A stretch of DNA of 52,636 nucleotides from a virus (IMGVR_UViG_3300025674_000060:1-52636); one strand, 5' to 3'; positions 37,084-46,084 are shown, numbered from the stretch's first letter. The notes: generated by a model from the sequence alone, not told the origin. Numbers and translations: made by a program.

Positions 37084-37610
37084 GCTTTCTCTTCATTTTC
37101 GATCGTAGTCCAAACTAAAACGGCAGCCTCGTCAACTAATTGCTGTAGACCAGGCTGCCCGTCAAGAGTATTAATAAGCTCTCGGATGGTTCGATCAGCG
37201 CCCGCAAGAATGAGGCCACGCCGATCTAAACCATCTGAAATAGCGCGTACAGCTTGAATGTGGCTACGAAGTTCCTTTTGAACTGCCGAAATCTTTGTCG
37301 CCGCTGACGCTGGGTCGAGCATCTGATTCTGAACCATGTCCCGTACATTTCGGATGTCAATTTGTAAGTCATCTATCTCACGAAGTAGAACTTTACGAAG
37401 ATCTTCCTTGGGGAATTTCTCCTGAATCCAGGCTGTCAGGTCAGCGATGCTGCCTTCATAACCAGGACGCAGGAACCTAGCGTAAAGGTACGCTTCGATA
37501 TCACTGGTAGCGTTTTTGGCGTAATGAATAAAAGCGTCTTTATTTGATGCGTCAAGCGAAGTCAACCACGAAGCAACCGTGGTCGAATCGCCGATTACAG
37601 ATTTGATCAT
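37080..37610 (-). CDS. Hypothetical helical protein
   Basis: 176 aa; the stop shares TTAA with the convergent gene. Confidence 0.6.
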   Translation of the reverse strand: MIKSVIGDSTTVASWLTSLDASNKDAFIHYAKNATSDIEAYLYARFLRPGYEGSIADLTAWIQEKFPKEDLRKVLLREIDDLQIDIRNVRDMVQNQMLDPASAATKISAVQKELRSHIQAVRAISDGLDRRGLILAGADRTIRELINTLDGQPGLQQLVDEAAVLVWTTIENEEKA

Positions 37611-38275
37611 GCGAAACGAGGCGACAGAGCGGTACCAGCAGCCTGCCTACGGAGAGCCATCTGACCTTCAGTCTGACCCTTGATTTCGGAAAGACGCTTA
37701 CCGATGTCAAGATTAGCTTGAGTTTGAGCCATGACCTGCTGGTTCCGAACATTACCAGCACCCACGCCAACGTCGGTCAGACCTTTAGCCAGGTTAGTGT
37801 ATTGAAGCCCCAGGACATCCGCGCCTTTTTCGGTCAACTTGGCCTGAGTTTCTCCGCCGAGTAACTCCAGAGCAGTACGACCTTTGGCCGCCATCTCCTG
37901 TTGCCCGATAGCTGCACTAGCTAATTGAGAGGCGATACCCGTCTGAAGACCAGCGAGCTGAGATTCTTTCGACTTGGCTCCACTGAAAATGTCGTACATC
38001 GACTGACCCAGCAGATTAGTTTGGGCAGCCTGGGCTCCTAAATACGGAGCCATATTCGCCATCAGTTCTTGCCCGGCGTAAGTCAGACGAGTATTGATAG
38101 GGGCAAGCTTTGCGTACAGTGAGCTATAGTCAGCTTGCTGCCCGCCGCCGCCACCGCCGAATAAACCGCCGAACAGAGAACCAAGACCGCCGGCCGCCAT
38201 TCCGATGCCAGCTAACGTGCCGCCCGTACCGGCAAACATGCCGGCAGAAGCTAATGCAGCAGGTGCAACTGCCAT
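37607..38275 (-). CDS. Putative DNA ejection/pilot-like protein
   Basis: Gly/Ala hydrophobic N-terminus followed by Gln/Ala helices. Confidence 0.5.
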   Translation of the reverse strand: MAVAPAALASAGMFAGTGGTLAGIGMAAGGLGSLFGGLFGGGGGGQQADYSSLYAKLAPINTRLTYAGQELMANMAPYLGAQAAQTNLLGQSMYDIFSGAKSKESQLAGLQTGIASQLASAAIGQQEMAAKGRTALELLGGETQAKLTEKGADVLGLQYTNLAKGLTDVGVGAGNVRNQQVMAQTQANLDIGKRLSEIKGQTEGQMALRRQAAGTALSPRFA

Positions 38276-38279
38276 CGGA

Positions 38280-39047
38280 TTAACCTCGCTTAAAACTCAT
38301 GTTAGAGAAAGGCTGCATCGCGGCCTGAAGAGTCCCGGCCAATGCCGAAGCATTAGGCGGAGCAAATGCAGAAATCATGCCCAGACCCAGAGCAGCTTGC
38401 TGAGCAGCATTCGCTTGAATCTGTGCGGTCCGAATGTTCCGCCACGCTTGGATATTTTCTTTTTCGATATCCCTTGCGTACCGAGCACGTTCGCCGGCGC
38501 GGGTCAGTTCGGAGGTGAGTAACTGAGACCGGAGAAGGTTCTCAGCACGCATCCCTTCGATCTGTGCGATGCGCTCCGGACTTGTAGTGCGCTCAAGTAG
38601 ATCGATGAGACGCTCGAACCCGGCCTCTTCTTTCTGAGGAATTGTTGTGCCGGAATACGGCGCCGTGGTCTCAGGTAAATTTAAATCAGGAGGAGGTGGA
38701 AGGGTAGGAGCTGCAGGCGGAGTTTTGCCGTCCACGGAATCTCCAGGGGTTATGGTCCCTTGAGCTTCCTCGTCTTTTGTTTTTGGCTTGGGCGGGACCC
38801 TTTTTCCATCAGGGTTATAACCGCTCAGATAAGACGCCCGAGAATAAAGTTCTGCAGGAGTAGATGCGCCGGTACGACCTTTAAAATACTGAGGGGTGAC
38901 GGTGGTGTAATAAGCCTCAGGACTTTGCCAACCTAAGGCAGGCCCCGCCCAAACAACGGGACGTCCATCCTTAATGGCGAGTTGCCCCGTCTCCCTCATA
39001 AGATTAGAGGGATCAAAAAATCCTGCGGCGTATTCGAGAGGATTCAT
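38280..39047 (-). CDS. Putative internal virion protein
   Basis: Pro-rich linker, helical C-terminus. Confidence 0.45.
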   Translation of the reverse strand: MNPLEYAAGFFDPSNLMRETGQLAIKDGRPVVWAGPALGWQSPEAYYTTVTPQYFKGRTGASTPAELYSRASYLSGYNPDGKRVPPKPKTKDEEAQGTITPGDSVDGKTPPAAPTLPPPPDLNLPETTAPYSGTTIPQKEEAGFERLIDLLERTTSPERIAQIEGMRAENLLRSQLLTSELTRAGERARYARDIEKENIQAWRNIRTAQIQANAAQQAALGLGMISAFAPPNASALAGTLQAAMQPFSNMSFKRG

Positions 39048-39053
39048 GATCGT

Positions 39054-39788
39054 TTAAGGGACCTGCGTGGACATCTGCTGCAGAACAGAACTAGAGGCCA
39101 AGTTCTGCGGCGCAGTCAAGTTTTGGATGGCGGTGTTAAGTAGCTGCTTTGCAGCATCATAACTAGAGCTTACTCGCTCTCTTTGTATATCACCTAAAGA
39201 CTTCAGCTCCTGTTGTTTAATGTCGCCACCAACTTCTAATTCGGCCCTCTTTAACGCAGCACCGACTTCCATTTCTCGGATAGCCGCATCGATCTGTCCT
39301 TTGAGAGCAATGACTGCCCGCTCTCGCGCTCCAAGGTCCTCAAGTTCGGTTCGACGACCCTGACGAATTTCCCCTAATACCTCTTCAGCACTAGGCCCAG
39401 CGTCTAGTCCCAACCACCGGCCGAAAAGAGCGTTACCTCTTTGACGAGCACGTTCTTGCTCAATCAGTCGAGAATATAAATCCTCGCTGAGGATAGCTTT
39501 CGACCCAGGAGCATCTGAGGTATCAGGAAGTTTACCTCGGAGAGCCTGGACAATATCAGGAACCGAAGAGCCGGCGGCTGACGTAAGAAAAGGATAAAGT
39601 AAATTCTGCCTATTAAACCCTGCAGGAGTACCTCCAGTTGCTTGGGGAGCCTGCATTTGACTTAAGATGCTCTTAATAACCTCAGGAGCGACATTAGCTG
39701 CCGTCAGCTGAAGAGCAGTGTTGACTAAAGAACTCGCAGCGGGAGCACCGGCGGCTGCAACGGGTACACCTAGCGGAAGAGCAGCCAT
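39054..39788 (-). CDS. Putative internal virion protein
   Basis: Ala-rich N-terminus, coiled coil. Confidence 0.45.
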   Translation of the reverse strand: MAALPLGVPVAAAGAPAASSLVNTALQLTAANVAPEVIKSILSQMQAPQATGGTPAGFNRQNLLYPFLTSAAGSSVPDIVQALRGKLPDTSDAPGSKAILSEDLYSRLIEQERARQRGNALFGRWLGLDAGPSAEEVLGEIRQGRRTELEDLGARERAVIALKGQIDAAIREMEVGAALKRAELEVGGDIKQQELKSLGDIQRERVSSSYDAAKQLLNTAIQNLTAPQNLASSSVLQQMSTQVP

Positions 39789-39791
39789 TAC

Positions 39792-40028
39792 TTATGCACC
39801 TCCTGGATTGTCATATTTTGTGCCCGACATAGCCATGTTCTTGTTGAATTTTAATCCATTTTCTTCATCAGTAGCATTAGCCATAGCCTGCATTTGTTGC
39901 GGCGAAGGTAACGCAGATGTCTGTGGAAACGTAGATGCAATATACAATTTTAAAAACATACCAGGATCTAACTCCGGGGCGTCCCGACGTACATCCCTTT
40001 CCTTAAGCTGTTGTTCGCGTGCGTTCAT
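39792..40028 (-). CDS. Hypothetical protein
   Basis: TAATG coupling with the upstream gene. Confidence 0.55.
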   Translation of the reverse strand: MNAREQQLKERDVRRDAPELDPGMFLKLYIASTFPQTSALPSPQQMQAMANATDEENGLKFNKNMAMSGTKYDNPGGA

Positions 40029-40531
40029 TATCCCAAATTCTGGAATGCCACGCTGGGCGGAATGTTGTTCGACGAAGGCGCGTTCAGCATCGAATACTGA
40101 CCGCCGTAGTTGGGCAGATCATATTCGGCAGGACGCTGACGGCTCAGATACTCAGCACCCTCATCAGACTGCTGCATACAGTTCTGCACGTACTGCAAGA
40201 ACACTTCAAGCAGACTGGGATCCTGCATGATCGCCGCCACGAGCTCTTCGACTTCATCGAAAGCTTGCTCGTTAGGGATGCCGGCTTGCAGACGGCGCTC
40301 TAGTTGAACTTTAACCTCTGGTTGGCTGGTGTCCGGATAGGCGTTAAGCGACCGGGTAGGCTGCGTCATCATGCCGTCACCTTCGCGACCTGGCATCGGA
40401 GGAGCAGCACGGTAGTAATTCTTGAGCACCGTGGCGACCATAGGGGTCGCAGCGGCACGCTCAGCAGGCGTACGGGGAATGGGCAGACCCAGGACGCGGG
40501 CCGCTAATTCGTAATCGGCTTCGGAGAACAT
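40028..40531 (-). CDS. Hypothetical protein
   Basis: TAATG coupling with the upstream gene; 167 aa. Confidence 0.6.
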   Translation of the reverse strand: MFSEADYELAARVLGLPIPRTPAERAAATPMVATVLKNYYRAAPPMPGREGDGMMTQPTRSLNAYPDTSQPEVKVQLERRLQAGIPNEQAFDEVEELVAAIMQDPSLLEVFLQYVQNCMQQSDEGAEYLSRQRPAEYDLPNYGGQYSMLNAPSSNNIPPSVAFQNLG

Positions 40532-40794
40532 TAACTAGCGGCTACGTCTTCTCCTTCCATTTTAGTACGAAGCTTCAAGATTTCGCCGGGTTGCACCTCT
40601 AATACAATGCAGATTTTCTCAAGCACTTCAGGACTTGGAATGTAGAACTTATCAACACAGATATTACGGGTTGTCGTTGGAGATAAATCCGCCAGCTTGC
40701 TTAGTCGAAACGACGTGATGCCACGCTCCGCCAGCAGCTCTTCTAATCGATTCGTTAGTCGCTTCTCGGAAGGGCGCGAGCTATAGTACGGCAT
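40531..40794 (-). CDS. XRE/Cro-C1 family HTH regulator
   Basis: NRLEELLAERGITSFRLSKLADLSPTT..LEKICIVLEVQPGEIL. Confidence 0.88.
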   Translation of the reverse strand: MPYYSSRPSEKRLTNRLEELLAERGITSFRLSKLADLSPTTTRNICVDKFYIPSPEVLEKICIVLEVQPGEILKLRTKMEGEDVAAS

Positions 40795-40829
40795 AACAGC
40801 TATATAACTGATAGCCGTATTTTAACAAG

Positions 40830-41600
40830 TTAGAATCCTAAATTCTTAGCTCGTACGAATTCAAGATTGTAAGTCGTCAAGCAAGAAGGCAATGCCGGGT
40901 TATTGAACGGATTTTTATAGGGTTTACCATCGACATGACCCTGCCAGGCTTCAGACCATTTAGCGTGCATGTACGATTTATTGAGCTCGTGAGCCATGTG
41001 GATTTTATTGGCGAGTTCAGGTTCAGAACGCCAAGTCTGAGAACCATCTTCATAGGAACCGCTCAACTCACCGTGGTAATAGGGAACCTCAACTGACATG
41101 ATTCTTTTAAAATCATCGTCGTGTTGGAAGCGCATACCCCAATCCAAATCCTCGCAATAGGCAGGATATAAATTCTCATCAAACAAACCGTATTTCTGAA
41201 CGGCCCAGTCCTTCAACAGAAACACATCCCAGGCGCCGTTGTCACCATGAACCACGCCGGCTTCGGGGTCCTGAGCTTTCTCGTGCATCGACTTTAGAAA
41301 ACCAGGCGTGAACATAATATCATGATTTACAATTAACCAATACGGAGCGTCCATAAAACATTTAATAGTCATATTCCAATATCCTGAGCACCCAATGTTG
41401 GCAGGTAAATGACAGATCTTTACATTCTTGACATACTTATGCGGCACTTTAGTCAAAAGGTCCAGCTCTTCCGTGATCTGATCGCGTCCATTGTTATTAA
41501 AAACAACAAAGGTATCAACAGGAAAGTCAATGCTGTAGAACAAACGATACACCCAATGAGGTGCATTAACAACACCAGTGCTTACTACGGGAAAAGACAC
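40830..41600 (-). CDS. GT2-like glycosyltransferase
   Basis: VFNN, NIGCSGYWN, LIVNHDI, GLFDENLYPAYCEDLDW. Confidence 0.8.
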   Translation of the reverse strand: MSFPVVSTGVVNAPHWVYRLFYSIDFPVDTFVVFNNNGRDQITEELDLLTKVPHKYVKNVKICHLPANIGCSGYWNMTIKCFMDAPYWLIVNHDIMFTPGFLKSMHEKAQDPEAGVVHGDNGAWDVFLLKDWAVQKYGLFDENLYPAYCEDLDWGMRFQHDDDFKRIMSVEVPYYHGELSGSYEDGSQTWRSEPELANKIHMAHELNKSYMHAKWSEAWQGHVDGKPYKNPFNNPALPSCLTTYNLEFVRAKNLGF

Positions 41601-41650
41601 GATGTCAAGCCGAGATTTTGTGTTATTGTACTACCACTAGCAAGTTGATT

Positions 41651-42367
41651 ATGGCCCGGTTCTTGTGGGGTCCTGAGCAAAAGCTGATTGTTCCCACGCC
41701 GAAACCCGCGTTCCTCATGAACGAGGACGACTCAGGTTTATGTCAGATGTTTCGCGTTGGAATTCCTGAGCACCCCTTAATAGAATTTTGCAAACAATTT
41801 GCCGACAGCACTAAGCGCTTTATAGACGGCGGAGCGCACATGGGAGCGTACAGCATTCTTTTAGCCGACAATTTTTCCGCCGTAGAAGCATTTGAAGCGC
41901 AAAGTCGAACGTACTTTCAGCTTTGCGGAAACATTTTTTTGAACGAAAAAACTAATATAAAACCTAGAAACTACGCCCTCACCAACCACATGGATACTTG
42001 TGGAGAGATGACACTGTACATAGTTAGCGACGACGGAGGCGGATCGTCCCTAATAAAACCAAGCGAAGATCAGATAAGAGCCACGGAAGAAGTAAAAACT
42101 ATACACATAGACGAGTACGAATGGAACGATATAGGATTGATTAAACTGGATGTAGAAGGGGCGGAACTAAAAGCTATAGATGGTGCTCGTAACACAATTA
42201 AAAACTCAGGTTATCCGCCGATTTTGTTCGAATCGAATGGACCAGGCGCCCATAACGAAAAAAGAGCTGAATTAATAAAGTTCCTACAAAATGTTTTTGG
42301 TTACTCAGTCGCCGCGATCCGGGGCTTCGACAATATGTTTATTGCTGTTCGACAGGAAGCTGCATAA
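41651..42367 (+). CDS. FkbM-family methyltransferase
   Basis: FIDGGAHMGAYS, AFEA, LIKLDVEGAELKAIDGA, PILFE. Confidence 0.88.
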   Translation: MARFLWGPEQKLIVPTPKPAFLMNEDDSGLCQMFRVGIPEHPLIEFCKQFADSTKRFIDGGAHMGAYSILLADNFSAVEAFEAQSRTYFQLCGNIFLNEKTNIKPRNYALTNHMDTCGEMTLYIVSDDGGGSSLIKPSEDQIRATEEVKTIHIDEYEWNDIGLIKLDVEGAELKAIDGARNTIKNSGYPPILFESNGPGAHNEKRAELIKFLQNVFGYSVAAIRGFDNMFIAVRQEAA

Positions 42368-42788
42368 GATCCACGCCCGACTCGCGCAGCATTTCAATCG
42401 ACAAATTGAAATTCGAAAACCAACGGTCCGGTATCGGCAGATCAGGCACAATGATCCGCTGAATACCGGCCTGAATCATCAGCGTGGTGCAATTGCTGCA
42501 AGGCAAAAAAGGCCAAACATAAACCGAAGCACCGAATAGGTCGATACCAAACCGAGCAGCTTGCGCAACAATGTTCGCTTCGGCGTGCACCGTACGCAGA
42601 TACTTTTCATCTCGGTTATTAAGGCGCCCCGGCAAATCCGCAACACCTCGCGGTAACCCGTTATATCCGGTTGCCAAGACTCGTCGGTCTTTAACTGCGA
42701 CAGCCCCAACCTTAGTCGAAGGATCGCGACTCCAATCACTGACGTGCTTCGCCAGTTCTAAAAACCTACGATCCCACTTCTCGCTCAT
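42339..42788 (-). CDS. dCMP deaminase
   Basis: WSRDPSTKVGAV, TGYNGLPRG, HAEAN, PCSNC. Confidence 0.92.
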   Translation of the reverse strand: MSEKWDRRFLELAKHVSDWSRDPSTKVGAVAVKDRRVLATGYNGLPRGVADLPGRLNNRDEKYLRTVHAEANIVAQAARFGIDLFGASVYVWPFLPCSNCTTLMIQAGIQRIIVPDLPIPDRWFSNFNLSIEMLRESGVDLMQLPVEQQ

Positions 42789-43180
42789 ACGAACGCGACT
42801 CGTTCCGCTTTATCGTCAGCACAAAGATACACCATCCCAGGCACCCATTCCTCAGTGTGTCCGTTTGCCAACTTAACGATGTAACGCCACTGGGGCTTAC
42901 CGTCTCTCCTTAATGTCTTCTTATATCCCATAACTTCGCCTTTCTTATTCGGCAGAGACATACCGGCAGAACACGTTCGTTTGCCGATCATGTCCCCCAC
43001 GGCGAACTTCATGTTGGGCTGTTCGGTTTGAGTCATCGAGATTCCGTTGTCTTTAAGGATTTTAAGTACTGCTGCCATTCTGGCTGCAGAACTAAGCGTT
43101 TCTTCGTTGAATGATTCGTGCCAAAACTCGTGCAAACAAAGTTCAATTAGATGTCGTGACACGCTTGGATTCCCGTTCAA
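42785..43180 (-). CDS. Hypothetical protein with an SH3-like C-terminal half; start uncertain
   Basis: KFAVGDMI..GEV..WRYIVKL. Confidence 0.45.
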   Translation of the reverse strand: MNGNPSVSRHLIELCLHEFWHESFNEETLSSAARMAAVLKILKDNGISMTQTEQPNMKFAVGDMIGKRTCSAGMSLPNKKGEVMGYKKTLRRDGKPQWRYIVKLANGHTEEWVPGMVYLCADDKAERVAFV

Positions 43181-43400
43181 TGCGGGACTTACGCCGCCTC
43201 AGATTACAGATACCCCGATAGAAAAAGCCGAATGTGTCGGCTTCCGTAACAGCAGTCAATTTGTCACAGACGTCACAGACGCCACGGCTGAACGTCGCAT
43301 CTCCAGTGCACCTTTCGCCGTACCGGAGACCACATGCTTGGCAAGCCTTTCTCGCCTTTTTAAGAATCTGTATGTTCTCCTGCGTAGGCTCCATCGACAA
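43143..43400 (-). CDS. Small Zn-ribbon protein; paralog of 45448-45675
   Basis: CQACGLRYG..T...GVCDVC..VTE...FG...RGI. Confidence 0.65.
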   Translation of the reverse strand: MSMEPTQENIQILKKARKACQACGLRYGERCTGDATFSRGVCDVCDKLTAVTEADTFGFFYRGICNLRRRKSRIERESKRVTTSN

Positions 43401-43599
43401 TGCCGTGTAAGTACGGCACTGTAATATAGCAGTCTGTGAGGTCTAAATCAGCCTTTGCATCTTTGTGCAAATCTTCAGTCCACTCAGCCACCGCTCGAAT
43501 CGCGTGAGTCGCATCCGGGACGTAAGATTCCCAATCAGCTCTCCCGTGGTATCCGGCAAGGTCACGGGCGACTCTACAGATCAAAGGGTGAGTTTTCAT
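43360..43599 (-). CDS. Hypothetical protein
   Basis: 79 aa; A..AIRAVAEW motif. Confidence 0.55.
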   Translation of the reverse strand: MKTHPLICRVARDLAGYHGRADWESYVPDATHAIRAVAEWTEDLHKDAKADLDLTDCYITVPYLHGIVDGAYAGEHTDS

Positions 43600-43617
43600 G
43601 TCGATAATTTAAAGTGA

Positions 43618-43699
43618 TACCCGAGACGGGACTTGAACCCGTACGACGTAGCGTCTCAGCATTTTAAGTGCTGTGTGTCTACCATTCCACCACTCGGGC
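43618..43699 (-). tRNA. trnL: tRNA-Leu (anticodon UAA), intronless, CCA not encoded
   Basis: GCCCGAGTGGTGGAATGGTAGACACACAGCACTTAAAATGCTGAGACGCTACGTCGTACGGGTTCAAGTCCCGTCTCGGGTA: acceptor stem GCCCGAG/CTCGGGT, anticodon arm CAGCA-CTTAAAA-TGCTG, long variable arm, T-loop TTCAAGT. Confidence 0.95.
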
Positions 43700-43750
43700 G
43701 CCAGCAGAGCATACCCCCGTAATACGGAAGCAAGCACCATCGTAACACTA

Positions 43751-43966
43751 CTAAACTAACAGCCGCCCTTCTTCGATCGCTTTTCTAACAAAATAAAGCT
43801 CTTTCTCAGGCGCCAAGTGCCAAGAACTTACATAGCATTTGTCGCCCCACACGCTTTCGATTACTACCGAATCCCCGTCAGTATGGTTTGCGCTAGTTAC
43901 GTACTTGGCGATATCCACGCTCGAAAGATCTATTTCCTTGCTGCCTGCGTGTGTTTCCCTTATCAT
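43751..43966 (-). CDS. Hypothetical cyanophage-type protein
   Basis: CYVSSWHLAPEK motif. Confidence 0.55.
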   Translation of the reverse strand: MIRETHAGSKEIDLSSVDIAKYVTSANHTDGDSVVIESVWGDKCYVSSWHLAPEKELYFVRKAIEEGRLLV

Positions 43967-43992
43967 GCTGATATCACTAAGCTGATGGCCCC

Positions 43993-44610
43993 ATGCCTCA
44001 CAGTCTAGATCCGAAATATAGCATTCACAACGACTGGGTCCAAAACTTCCTGAAATCTTGGGCGCTCATCAACAATACGCCCGAAGCATCAGAACTCCAA
44101 TTTAGCCCATTTGACAAGCGCCTGATCGTTGAAATTGGAATATACGAAGGAGCTTCCACAGTTTGGTTTTCCGACAACCTGCTTGAGCACCCCGACAGCA
44201 GGCTAATCAGTATCGACCCGTTCACCGGCTCTGAGGAGATGATCCGAGACCCCCAGCAGCATCCCACGCTGTCCCGCATCGAATATACCGCCCGATCCAA
44301 CGTAGCCAAATCTAAATATCCAGGCAAAGTCCGCATTGAAAAAGGTTGCTCATGGGACCTCTACCCGAGCCTCAAGGCCGAGTTCACACAAGGCATCGAC
44401 ATCCTGTACATTGACGGTGCGCACGATAGCATCTCAGTCATGCGGGATATCGCCCTGTATGCGCCCCATGTCAAATCAGGTGGTGCCATCCTATTCGACG
44501 ACTATGGCGCTGAGTCTGTGCGCGTTTCCGTAGATGCCGCCGCCAAGTCCTTCCTCACCCTCGAAAAGGGTGTACTCTGCCCTTGGCAGCTCTGGACCGT
44601 CAAAAAGTGA
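43993..44610 (+). CDS. Class I SAM-dependent methyltransferase (Methyltransf_24-like)
   Basis: VEIGIYEGAST, SIDPF, DILYIDGAH, VKSGGAILFDDY. Confidence 0.88.
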   Translation: MPHSLDPKYSIHNDWVQNFLKSWALINNTPEASELQFSPFDKRLIVEIGIYEGASTVWFSDNLLEHPDSRLISIDPFTGSEEMIRDPQQHPTLSRIEYTARSNVAKSKYPGKVRIEKGCSWDLYPSLKAEFTQGIDILYIDGAHDSISVMRDIALYAPHVKSGGAILFDDYGAESVRVSVDAAAKSFLTLEKGVLCPWQLWTVKK

Positions 44611-44696
44611 CCATCCAAACACTGCTTATCATATTCGCCATCTACACCCTTGCAGTCATCCTCTTCTTCTGGCTCGCATCCAAAGTACTCCCCTGA
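44607..44696 (+). CDS. 29-aa membrane peptide (absent from the ORF track)
   Basis: GTGA overlap with the upstream stop; MTIQTLLIIFAIYTLAVILFFWLASKVLP. Confidence 0.55.
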   Translation: MTIQTLLIIFAIYTLAVILFFWLASKVLP

Positions 44697-44706
44697 CCAA
44701 CCCAAC

Positions 44707-44913
44707 GTGCTACCTATCAACAACGGTTGTTACCTAGAACAACGTGAAAACCGTCTACATGACAGCATGAACGAATACCTAGACGGCGAAGAGTTTGAAG
44801 CACTTGCCGTCGCAATCCTCAGCCATCTTCAAGCCGAATACAGATACCACTCCGAAAGGTGCGGCAAACTCAAACGCGTCCTTGAGCTTCTTCAAACCGG
44901 CAACATCCAATGA
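44707..44913 (+). CDS. Hypothetical protein
   Basis: Probable GTG start at 44707; helical. Confidence 0.5.
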   Translation: MLPINNGCYLEQRENRLHDSMNEYLDGEEFEALAVAILSHLQAEYRYHSERCGKLKRVLELLQTGNIQ

Positions 44914-45470
44914 CCTATCCAACCACGGCGGTCGAAATCAAAATCAACTACAGCGGCAGCGGTCGGTACGACGGACTCCCTGAGCACACGTTCACCATGC
45001 TCATGGAAGATGCTACGGAGATCTCATCTGACTCGTGGTTCCTCTTGTTCGAGCGTGTCTTAGGTGCCCTGGGTTATTGCGAAACCGCCATCATGTCGGG
45101 CGCCTGCAGTCTCGCCTTCAACGAACTGCGGGACTCTGAAGAAATGAAAAAGGTCGCCACTGAACACGACCTGCGACTCGTCGAAGACCCAGATCCAACC
45201 CCAAACATCAAACTCGAACCAACCAAAAACCCAGAGAAGAAACCCCTGTACGAAATCGTTCGGGACGATTCAGATCTTTACGGATCTGCGTGGCCTCAAA
45301 AGCTGGCTAAGATGTTTAGGGTCATCGCCGACCAGATCCAAATCAGCGGTGAAGACGAGTTCGGCATTTACCAAACCACGGGGGAAGACATCCGCGAGTG
45401 GTTGTACCGCGAAGCTCAAAAGGCCGAAAACTTCTGGGGCTCCGACCATGAACCCGAACATCAACCCTAG
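44910..45470 (+). CDS. Hypothetical protein
   Basis: ATGA coupling; 186 aa. Confidence 0.6.
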   Translation: MTYPTTAVEIKINYSGSGRYDGLPEHTFTMLMEDATEISSDSWFLLFERVLGALGYCETAIMSGACSLAFNELRDSEEMKKVATEHDLRLVEDPDPTPNIKLEPTKNPEKKPLYEIVRDDSDLYGSAWPQKLAKMFRVIADQIQISGEDEFGIYQTTGEDIREWLYREAQKAENFWGSDHEPEHQP

Positions 45471-45675
45471 GGCTTTTCTCAACAAACTTGAACAGGCGTA
45501 TCAGTGCTGCAATTTCTGCGGCACACTATACGGCGAACCTCGCGCAGGAGCTAGTACGATGTGGCATGGGACGTGTGATGTGTGCGGTGAAGCCGCCACG
45601 GTCACCGAAACCCGCGACTACGGATACTTAGATAAAGGTATTCAAAGTATTAAAACCAAACACAAACTCAAATGA
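45448..45675 (+). CDS. Small Zn-ribbon protein; paralog of 43143-43400
   Basis: CNFCGTLYG..T...GTCDVC..VTE...YG...KGI. Confidence 0.65.
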   Translation: MNPNINPRAFLNKLEQAYQCCNFCGTLYGEPRAGASTMWHGTCDVCGEAATVTETRDYGYLDKGIQSIKTKHKLK

Positions 45676-45941
45676 CCGTCTGGAACTCAGTTGTTCCTTC
45701 GTTACGAACAAATCAGCGAAACATTCTGCGTTTAGTTGCACAGCACGAACAACGCAACCCTCACGAACCCTGTTACCTAGGAAAAGTTACAGCTTCCCGC
45801 AGAAACGTTTTCCTTAAAGCTGTCGCTTCTTTAGAAGATAAACAACTGATCGATATAGAACGAACAGGTTCAAACTTTCAAGCGTGGAAAGTCAAATTGC
45901 TTATACCCATAGATACAGTTATCTGCTCTAAGCACAATTAA
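45672..45941 (+). CDS. Hypothetical protein, possible winged helix
   Basis: ATGA coupling; LRTNQRNIL..AVASLEDKQLI. Confidence 0.55.
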   Translation: MTVWNSVVPSLRTNQRNILRLVAQHEQRNPHEPCYLGKVTASRRNVFLKAVASLEDKQLIDIERTGSNFQAWKVKLLIPIDTVICSKHN

Positions 45942-46084
45942 AGAACAAAAAAGACGGAAGAGGTGCCCGATATTCCGTGGTGGAAGATCCTATTGGATTG
46001 GTTCTTGAATTAAACATAAACGTTGTAAAAACACCTAACTTACTGATTAGCATTTAAAAGTGGATATTCAGTAGGGATACAGTC

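Noticed and set aside
37080-37610. Possible small terminase subunit
   Set aside because: Size and helicity fit, but there is no diagnostic motif and it is not adjacent to terL.
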